Shown piece after piece: positions 54,279 to 64,000 of a stretch of DNA of 64,000 nucleotides (the stretch's first letter is position 1; each line of letters opens with the position of its first letter). The stretch comes from a virus (Duplodnaviria > Heunggongvirae > Uroviricota > Caudoviricetes), in the IMG/VR virus record IMGVR_UViG_3300031992_004563, positions 64,001 through 128,000 of that record. One strand, given 5' to 3'. Position numbers and translations under genes: made by a program. The notes below the pieces were generated by a model. The model did no database searches, was not told where the DNA came from, and saw only the letters and a list, made by a program, of their open reading frames with translations.

Positions 54279-57200
54279 TAAATATATGAATAATTTTGGT
54301 ATTCACCATTTTGTTTTTCTTTAACAAATAATAAACCTTCACCTAAATTAACTAATCTATTTCCATATATATCTGTGCATGTTAATTCAATATCATGACT
54401 TCCTAACATATATGGTGTAATTGTTAAATGATCATTTACGCTTCTAAATAGTGTTTCTTTATGATTATTATTAATATGATATTTAGTATTACTTAAATCA
54501 TCAACAGATTTAACAGCAACTCTCCATTCCTTTTTATAGCCTTCTTTAAATGTATTATTAGAATTATGAGATCTAAATATTGTATCAGTTCCCTGTTCAA
54601 TTGTTGTTGGGAATTGATGATAGTAATATATGCTCATATCAGATGAATTCTAAATATATTTATGATAATTTACCCAATATTTTTCACCATTCATATAATC
54701 ATAATCATTGACTTCAATTCCATATCTATCATCAATATAATCATTTAAGAATAGTTTTGTTGCACTAAAATCAAAACGATCTCGTATAATTGAATAATCA
54801 CCAATACCAATTATTTGATTAAATTCATATGCACCACCTACAATATTTGTTGAATATCTTACTGGATGCTATGCATCATACATCATAACAACATTAACAT
54901 CCGGATTATTTAATAAATTTGTATTTGGCAAACCATCTATAGTATAAATAAATCCATCGCATGTTTTATCAATTTCATTATAATTAATAGGTGATATGTT
55001 CTTAATTCTATATGCAGTTTCATTAATAATTTGTGCATTCCACATATCATCTCTTAATTTAAATTGCTCAAATGACCATGCGCCAATAGGTGAATTATAA
55101 TAAGGATATTGATTATTAGTACTAATATCCATATAATAGCGAAGTTTAATAACGTCCTCATCATTAAATATTTTTTTATCTGTTAAGAAAGTTACATATG
55201 TTTCTTTACTATCATAATTTAATTCTACGCATAATGGGTTAAATGGATATTCAGTAGTATTTAAAACAAATATCTTATGTTCGTCATCAATATAATCTGA
55301 TAAACTACAATTATTAATACTTATATCAATATATGAATCAGCATTATAGTTATTATCTTTATTTTCATCAACTTTATAAAAATCTAATACTGAACAATTT
55401 TCTATTTGGTATTCAATTTTTTTAGTTAATTGATTATATGCAAATGCAGAAATTTTCTTAGTAACATTAAATGTCATAGATGCATCAGGTGTAGAATTAA
55501 CTATTGTAGCTTTAAGTATTGATACATCTGTGTATAATCCAATTTTATTTGGATTTTCATCAAGCATCCATAATCTAGTATTACCATTGCTAACATTTTC
55601 AATATTAACACATCTTTCAGTTAATGTATCAAATATTACAATATCATTATTTTTTGGCGTATCAAATGCGTATGATATATTATCGAATTCGACATAATCA
55701 CCATCTAAATTATAATCAATATCATAAATATGATAAGATTTTGGGTATTTTATATCATTATCACATAATGTAATAATTTCATTTAATTGTGATGCATCCT
55801 ATAGAACTCCATTTTTATTATATCTATAAAATTCATATTCATTATTAGAATTTTCATTACAAATAAATGTATCAATTGGAATAGGCGCAGCAATAACATC
55901 TATTGTATTATCATATTTAGATGTAAATATATTGTTATATTTGTCAAATGCGCGAGTTATTAATTCATACTGTCCAAGACGTGTAATATCAACATCTATA
56001 GTTTTATTACATGTATAATTATCATTAATAATTTGTTCTAATGATGAATTCAATATTTCTTGCTTTTTAATAACTTTACATATGTTTAAGAATGTTGATT
56101 CGTCCTAAATATATGTGCTAGATGATTTAAAATCTACAATATCTTTATGTGATAATCCATTTAAACCTGGCAAATACCATGATCTCATTCTTTTACGCAT
56201 ATCTTCATACGCATTATCAATACCTTCTTTTAAACTTGTGCTTAAATCATTTATTACATTAGAACACTCTATAGATGTATCTAATGAATGAATCATTGTA
56301 CTAGGATTTAAATTAATATTAACAAATGGTTTTCGTTCTGAATGATATGTATAAGTTGGTTGAATCTCCTATTCATTTGCATACTTATTAATTCCATTTT
56401 TAATTAAATCTGTTGAAAATGAAACTTGACAACCACACCCGTCTTTATCTCTAAATAACATATCGCCTTTTAGAATTTCAAGTATAAAATCGCAAGATGC
56501 ATCTTCTAGATTATAATATTCATGCTCATCTATATACATACTTGAATTAGATGAATCACCAATATAAAGGCTTGAGTTAAATTCAACATTTGAAAATTTA
56601 TACCCACTAATTATAAACATTGGTGCATCCCATTTATTCTTTTCTGAGTATTTAATATATGGCATATTAATAATATTACCACTTACATCTACTTTTATGT
56701 CCGGTTCAATTACAATATATTTGTTATCAACCTTTTTGTGATTAATATCCTAATATAATTGGTAATTTTTTAATTCATATTCAATGTTTCCAGTTTCATT
56801 GTTAATTGCCTCTCTAATAAGCCATTTAATGTTAGAACGCCAATTTCCATATGCATTATGAATATTTGCATTTTCCAATGTTATAATTGGAAGACAACTT
56901 GAATCAATATATGCTTCAGTATCTTTATCTTTTAATATTTTTATTTCACCATCTTGAATTAAAATCTATGCAGAACTATCATCCCCCATTGTCCATTCAT
57001 ATAATGTTCCAGATTTTGGCCTATTAACTAAATCAAATTCATATTCATCACCAAGAACAGGTGCTTCAATTGAATTAGAAATTGTTAATATAGATGTATC
57101 TATCATTGTTCCATCATCTGTTGAAAGATTAATAGAAACATCATATTTGTCAAATGCAGCAATTTGTGTTTCATCATAATCTATAAATCTAACTGCATTA

Positions 57201-59092
57201 TTTAATTCATTTAATGTACATGCAATTTTACCATGTGATTTAATAAATGGAAGAACACATTTAACATCCGGTGTATAATATTGTGCTTGTGAAAAATCAT
57301 TAAGATAATGTTGTGTTGAGTATCCTTGTGTTTTTTGCCAACCAAAATAAACACCTTCACCTGTAATATCTGAAATATATGCGCCAAGACCAATAATATG
57401 TTGTTCAAGCCACTATTTAACTGCAAACAATTTAGCTAATATTTCATCTGTTCTATAAATGTATACTGGCTATGTTAATGGAACTTCAGATATAAATGTT
57501 CTTGGAATAGCAGTTGATACATCTATATGACCAGTAGATGGATTATACTATGATAGCTAAACTTTAACTCTTTCTACATTATCGCTTATTTCATTAAGAT
57601 GATAAATCATAGAAATTTTATTTAACTTATCATAATTATTAAAGTCCTCAATAGATATTCCGTAATCAGCAAGTTTCTATTTTAAGAAACTTCCAGTAGA
57701 TGAATCAAATACCTAAACAGCAATATCAGATAACTAATCATTATGGTCTTTAATTGTATACCATTCTTTAAATACAATATCCTAATATCCTAAGAATTTA
57801 ATAGCTCTGAATAATGCTTTATATGTTCCAACATATGAAAATATCTAATCATATGTAAGCATTAATTCTTTAGATTTTCTATTAATTAAATCAAAATCCT
57901 TTCCTTCTTCTTGATAATCCTATTCTGCAAATATATTTGAATAATTTATCGGGTCTGGCACGCCAAAATTGGTTAATAATGTTCTAAATCTCTCATCTTC
58001 ACCTACAACTTCAGACTTAATAGAAATCGCACCCATAAAGAATATATGCTCTCTATTATCTCCATGTGCTAAATAAATTCCTAATAAATTTTGGTATGCA
58101 CCTTCCTCTTCAGCCTAAAATGCAATTGTAAATGAAAATGGTTCAGCCGCATTTTTAGATGTTTGTGGATTTGCCATTGTAAATGCCATCTCATCTTTAT
58201 ATAAAATATCATATTCAGATGATTTGTCAATAAGTTTTAATTCACTATTTTTTGATGGCTAAAAAATTAATGAATATCCAGAGTCACCATTAATAAATGG
58301 TCTTACATAATCATATGTATCATCTTCATTTCTAACTTCTTCTAAAACCAAGATTGTATCAGCAGCAATAAAATCTGCAGATACTTTATCTTGATAATAG
58401 TCACCAGCATATCTAATAAATGGAAAATAAATTCCAAGATTTGGAACAGTATCTTCAAATACCTATTGAATAACTGAATTATTATATATTGTGCCAGTTT
58501 CATCCTCATATTTAATTAAATCAACTTTTGACACACCAATCATTTGGTAAAATTCTTGGTTCTAACCAAGATTTTCACCTGTGTATATTGTTGATACAGT
58601 TGTATAATCTTGATATGTTGATGCATCTCCAATTAATTCAAATATACTACCTATACCAAACGTATATGTAAATGACTTATTTTTAATATTAATTGCGACT
58701 TTTACTTGGTTTTCATCATCTAATAATACTCTATTTAAATAATCATAATAACATGATGCATCAAGCAAATTTGTTTCAGTATCTACATTATCATATAAAT
58801 ATACAGGCATTCCATTAATATCTGTTGTTTCATTGGTTGCAAATCTTACATAAATTTGGCCTTGATTTATAAATGCAGTTTCTAATGTTCCTTCTTTAAT
58901 TTTTAACTATGATGGATCATTAAAATCTATATCACCAATAAAATAACCCGATATAGGAGATTTAATATATTGTGAAGCTAATTTGCCAGGAATAAGTTCC
59001 CATGTCAAAACATAAGATTTTTGCATAGGAATTTCATAGCCTTTGGCTGTATAAAATTTTAAATTGTTAATGTCATTAATTGTTTCAGCCAT
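54278..59092 (-). CDS. 1604-aa structural protein, baseplate-wedge-like (code 15)
   Basis: Seven track fragments share one frame, broken at TAG; contains VGTYKALFRAIKFLGY. Confidence 0.75.
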
Positions 59093-59096
59093 ATTA

Positions 59097-59351
59097 TTAA
59101 TTTAATTTCTTTGAATTTTTTGGTAAAGTAAAATTATATTCTAATTTGATTCGTTTAACTTGATGAATTAAAAATTCAAACATACGTTCTAACTAACGAA
59201 TTGGTGTATCATTTACAGGATTTGCAAACATTTCAGGAGAAAGAACATTTTTCATAATATTCCTATCAAAATCATATCCTAAATTAGTATAATTATCATG
59301 AATATGATTTTCATCTTCAAAAAATGAATCTGTATATTTTAATTTAGCCAT
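59097..59351 (-). CDS. Hypothetical protein (1 in-frame TAG)
   Basis: 84-aa ORF directly upstream of the large gene. Confidence 0.65.
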
Positions 59352-59440
59352 TAAACCCAATATAATTTTTATTATTTATTATTAAAATAGGTATATATAC
59401 ACGTGCAATATAAATAATAAAACTTTATATTTTAAATAAT

Positions 59441-60094
59441 ATGTTATCGCTTGATGATATAATTGGAGATACTGGTGAAATTACAACAACTTCATCAAAT
59501 CAATCTAATAAAGATTTATATAAAGATGTATTTGTAGATAGGGGTGTATTTAGTAATATTAGTCTATCATATCCTGTAATATATAATGCAAGAATTAAAA
59601 AATTTATACCAGGAAATAGTTTAACAAATAAAAATAATGCATTTCTTGGTTGGTTAATTGGATATGACGATAATACACAATATGTTGATGTTTTATATAG
59701 AGGTTTTTTATTTAAAGAACCTGTTAAAATTCCAATTAATCTTCAATAGCAATTTGTGCAATGTTATGTATGGGATCAATTTAAACTTGCAGCAAATTCA
59801 ATAATAGAAAATATGCCAAGAATTAAGAAATTAAAAAGACTTAATTTAAAAATGGTGTCAAAAACATATGCATTATTCATATATAAAAATTTGGATAAAC
59901 TTATTAGACAATATGAAGTAATGTATGGATATGAAAATGCATAGTTATTAAAAGCATAGATTGTTACTTCACCATTTTATATAAATGATAATGGTGTAAT
60001 AAAAATATATGATATGCAGACAAATGAACTAACAACACCTGAATTAGAATCAGAAGCATATTTTCTTGCATATTTTACATTTCTTAACAAATAA
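59441..60094 (+). CDS. Hypothetical protein (3 in-frame TAG)
   Basis: Two track fragments join in frame. Confidence 0.7.
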
Positions 60095-60161
60095 TAAAAA
60101 TTTAAAACTTTTGCAGTTTTTCGTATTATAATAAAAGAATATTTAAAATAATAGATAGTAT

Positions 60162-61535
60162 ATGAAGATAGTAGAGCGTATTAAAAATTACTTAAGTGAC
60201 AAATTTGGTAAAAAACAACCAGAAGTAGAAGAAACACAAGATGAACAAGAAGAGCAATATGAGGAAAAATGTTGTTGTTTATGTGGTGTTCCTGAATCAG
60301 AATCTGGAATGTTAATTAGAAGTAGTATTGGTAATCAATATATTTGTGAAAAATGTGCAACATTAATTCACGAACAAATTACTGAAATTGAAAAATATAC
60401 ACAGGATTTAGAAGAAACGGTTGAGGAAACAAGAAAAATGTTAGAAAATCCTGTACAAGAAAAGAAAAAATCTATTAAAGAACTTATTCCAACACCACAT
60501 GAAATTAAGGAATTTCTTGATGAATATGTAATTGGACAAGACGCGGCCAAGATTAAATTATCTGTTGCAGTTTATAATCATTATAAACGAATTAATCAAA
60601 AGGAAGATGACACAGATATTGAAAAAGCATCTATCCTTTTACTTGGTGCAACAGGATCTGGCAAAACACTTTTAGCAAAAACAATTGCTAAACTTTTAGA
60701 TGTACCTATTACAATTGTAGATGCAAATACATTTACTCAGGCTGGTTATGTGGGTGAAGATGTTGAATCTATTTTATCACGTCTTTATCAAAATGCTGAT
60801 GGGGATTTAGAAAGAGCTGAACGAGGTATTGTGTTTATTGATGAAATTGATAAAATTGCTAAACAAGGCGATAGCCCATCTATTACAAAGGATGTATCAG
60901 GCGAAGGTGTTCAACAGGCTTTACTTAAAATTCTTGAGGGCAGTAAAGTTAAATTTTCACCTAATGGTGGACGTAAACATCCCGAAAAAGAAATGGTTGA
61001 AATTGATACTAAAAATATTCTCTTTATTTGTTCTGGCGCATTTGTTGGAATTGAAAAGAGAATTGAAAAACGCTTAAATATGCGAGCAATCGGATTTGCA
61101 TCAGATCAATCTCATAAAAATGTATCTAAAGAAAATATTATTGAATATTTGACAGCTGAGGATGTTAGAGCATTTGGTATGATTCCTGAATTGGTTGGTC
61201 GTCTTCCAGTTATTACATACGTTAAGAATTTGACTAAAGAGGAAATGCGTCAAGTTTTAACAGAACCTAAAAATTCTATTATTAAACAATATGTTAAGTT
61301 GTTTAAGATGGATGGTGTTAAACTTGAATTTGAAGATGATGCTTTAGATTACATTGTTGAAAAAGCTTTGGTTATGAAAACTGGTGCTCGTGGTCTTAGA
61401 TCCATTGTAGAAGAAATCATGACCCAATATATGTATGATATTCCATCTACAAGAAAACGTAAGCTTGTAATAACAAAGGAATATGCTGAATCTGCATATG
61501 AAGCTAAACAAATTTATAAAGCTGCAAATAATTAA
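60162..61535 (+). CDS. clpX: ClpX ATPase
   Basis: Zn-binding domain, VIGQD, GATGSGKT, AGYVGEDVE, RKHP, GARGLR. Confidence 0.96.
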   Translation: MKIVERIKNYLSDKFGKKQPEVEETQDEQEEQYEEKCCCLCGVPESESGMLIRSSIGNQYICEKCATLIHEQITEIEKYTQDLEETVEETRKMLENPVQEKKKSIKELIPTPHEIKEFLDEYVIGQDAAKIKLSVAVYNHYKRINQKEDDTDIEKASILLLGATGSGKTLLAKTIAKLLDVPITIVDANTFTQAGYVGEDVESILSRLYQNADGDLERAERGIVFIDEIDKIAKQGDSPSITKDVSGEGVQQALLKILEGSKVKFSPNGGRKHPEKEMVEIDTKNILFICSGAFVGIEKRIEKRLNMRAIGFASDQSHKNVSKENIIEYLTAEDVRAFGMIPELVGRLPVITYVKNLTKEEMRQVLTEPKNSIIKQYVKLFKMDGVKLEFEDDALDYIVEKALVMKTGARGLRSIVEEIMTQYMYDIPSTRKRKLVITKEYAESAYEAKQIYKAANN

Positions 61536-61600
61536 CATCTATTTTTTAGATTAATAAAAATATATTATTTTTGTATCACATTTTAAAAATTAATTAAAAT

Positions 61601-63952
61601 ATGGCAACAAATGGTGGAAATCTACCAGCTTTAATTAAGTATAATAAAATTAAGGATGTGACTATTTATAAACTTCCAGGTTCTATGAAATCCGGAAGTT
61701 TTAATAGTGCGTATGGAATTAAGTTTACTGAAATTATTGAGGAAAAGGTTGTAAAACGTGGTATTTTCCGTAATAAAACTGAAATAAAAACAAATGAAAT
61801 TGCACGAATTGTTCCATTTTCATTTAAGACTCTTGAAATTGCTAAAGATTTTGCTCAATATCTTCCAGAAATGTCAATATGGGGTGATCGTTTATATGAA
61901 AATTCAGGAGATACAGTAAATGTTAAAAGCCAGGTATTGTATGAGACATATATAATTAAAGCTAAAGATATAAATGCCAATATTGGTGTTAAATTTTTAG
62001 ATGAATGTCTTCATCCAACTCAACAAACCATTAAGAAAAAAGAAACAAGTGATGGCAGTTCATGGCGTGAATACTATATTAATGACTTGGACAAAAAGAA
62101 TTTTGATGGCTCACAAGGCCATTGGTATGATCATACAGAATTGGTTGTTGATTATTTCTTTACGACTTATGAATTTAATTTCAATTTAAAACAATTTATA
62201 CCACGTGATAAATTTGAAACATTAGGAGAACGCCAAGCATTTGAAAATGAAAATACACATAAATTTATTTTAGTTGAGAATTAATGAATAAGCTTATTAA
62301 AACATATGTAGATATTGAAGAAATTCAGGATAATTATAATACATATTATTCTGCAACTTTTACATATCAATATGATGTGTATTTTTTAGGAATGTATGTT
62401 AAAACAAAAAATGTTGAATATCATGTGCCATTCCTATTTAAATCATTTAATATTGCTAAAAACTTTTGTGAGTTAAAGCCAGAAATTTTAGAATATTATT
62501 TTTCTAATAAAAACTATGATAATAGGGAAGTTGATTATTTTACATATAAAATAATAGTTAATGATAAAATATTTTATATAAAGTGGGAAGAAAATTCAAT
62601 ACGAGTAAGAGATCAACATGATATGGAATTTTATTTTAGAGAAAATCCAGTTGTCGATTCATTTGTAACAAATATTATTTTAAAAGATTGGATGCACACA
62701 CATAGATTAAGTGATGTTGAATTTTTAATGAAACTCCTGATTTATTAAATCTTGTTGAACACGTTAACTTAAAAACAAATAAAAAATGGCATTTTGAATT
62801 AGTTGAAAACAATTAAATTATGAAACATACACATACATATGTAGATATTAATGGCATTATTTTAGATAAAGTTACTTATTATGTAGTAACATTTACTAAA
62901 GTATATGAGATGTCTTTATTTGGAAAAGTAATAAAAGAAACTAAGAAAATTCAAGAAGTGCCATTTGTTTTTAAAAGCTATGAAATTGCAAAAGAATTTT
63001 GTGAATTAAATCCTGTATATAAACAAATTACTTTTTCACAATCTTCAAAATATGATGTTTACAATACAACATATGACACATATCGATTAATATTAAATAA
63101 TAAAGTTAATGCATATATTGTTTGGGAACATTTAACAGGAACATATAATTTTGCGCATGCAGAGTTTCATACAGATAAATCATATCCAATTGTTAAAGGA
63201 TTTATTAAAGATGAACTAAATAATATTAAATTACCAACAACATATTCAACTATTAGTACCGGGCCGCAAACACCAAATATGGTTGAAAAACTTTCTGATA
63301 TTTTTGCAATATCTAAAGATAAACATCACTTTGAATTAATTGAGCAATGATAGTAAAGTATAAAGAAAATATTTATGCAAATATACAGGAGCAGAATATT
63401 ACAAAATATATTCCTGCTGCTGGTATATCTAAATGTTATGCTGTAACATTTACAAGAGAAAAAGTATATACACTTTTTGGAAAAGTTATTAAGACACAAT
63501 CAAAAAGTGAAACAATGCCATTTGTATTCAAGTCATTGGATATTGCTAAAGATTTTTGTAAAATTTGTCCTACCGTAATATCTGATGTGTTTATTAATTC
63601 ACATAATTATTATAAAGTAAAATATGAAACATATAGATTGGTAAAAAATGAAAAAATACTTGGCTATATTAAATGGAATACATTTTATGCATATGATGCA
63701 AATTTGGATTATGCCGGTCAAGATACTCATAAACGATATACACGAAGTCTATCTGATCCAATTGTTGATAAGTTTGTTGAAGATATAGTAGTAAAAGATT
63801 GGATTCATACAAATAGTATAAAAGATATAAAATTTTTAAATGAAAGCGATAGTTTAAGTGAATTAATTAATAAAGTTGAAAATAAAAATAATTTAAAAAA
63901 GAAAAGCAAAGAAGTATATAAAGAGTGGAATTTTAAATTAGTTGAATCATAA
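61601..63952 (+). CDS. Four tandem paralogs (61601-62284, 62284-62748, 62820-63350, 63347-63952)
   Basis: Shared PFxFKS/TxxIAKxF and C-terminal FxLV/IE motifs; a probable fifth copy starts at 63954. Confidence 0.85.
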
Positions 63953-64000
63953 TATGAGAACAGAAAAACATATATATGTAAATATAGTAAGAAGTGAAAG

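Noticed and set aside
37247-59351. Pseudogene cluster suggested by fragmented ORFs
   Set aside because: Fragments stay in frame and break only at TAG, which is explained by code 15
15857-61538. Antisense or alternate-frame ORFs inside confident genes (e.g. 18837, 27584, 34046, 36195, 60368)
   Set aside because: Shadow ORFs of well-supported genes

Overview
AT-rich window from a very large Bacteroidetes-infecting phage; the features fit a Lak-type Prevotella megaphage (inference). TAG is read as Gln (code 15): many fragments in the supplied ORF track join into full genes, with TAG at conserved Gln positions. Bases 1-14.3 kb are an RNA island with about 20 conventional tRNAs. It also holds two circularly permuted tRNA genes (Phe-GAA and a Leu-type), a tRNA-Glu with a 71-nt anticodon-loop insertion, several tRNA-like RNAs, an array of structured RNAs punctuated by a repeated hairpin, a minimal (~175 nt) RNase P RNA, a free-standing endonuclease and a TAG-recoded TnpB. 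Bases 13-37 kb are dense plus-strand small genes, including RNA ligase, nucleotidyltransferase, radical-SAM-like protein, GcvH, FNT channel, GuaC/IMPDH, MazG-like, AsnA and ClpP. Bases 37-60 kb contain TAG-rich minus-strand genes (a leader-sharing VDLGLPS/DUF285 family, gp3-like, gp4-like and a 1604-aa baseplate-like protein) mixed with plus-strand genes (GrpE, PARG-like, glycosyltransferase). ClpX and a paralog cluster end the window. The best candidate for a new system is a phage tRNA rearrangement/maturation set: permuted and interrupted tRNAs broken in the anticodon loop, plus a phage RNase P RNA, RNA ligase and nucleotidyltransferase. All calls were made by eye with no searches, and RNA ends may be off by a few bases.
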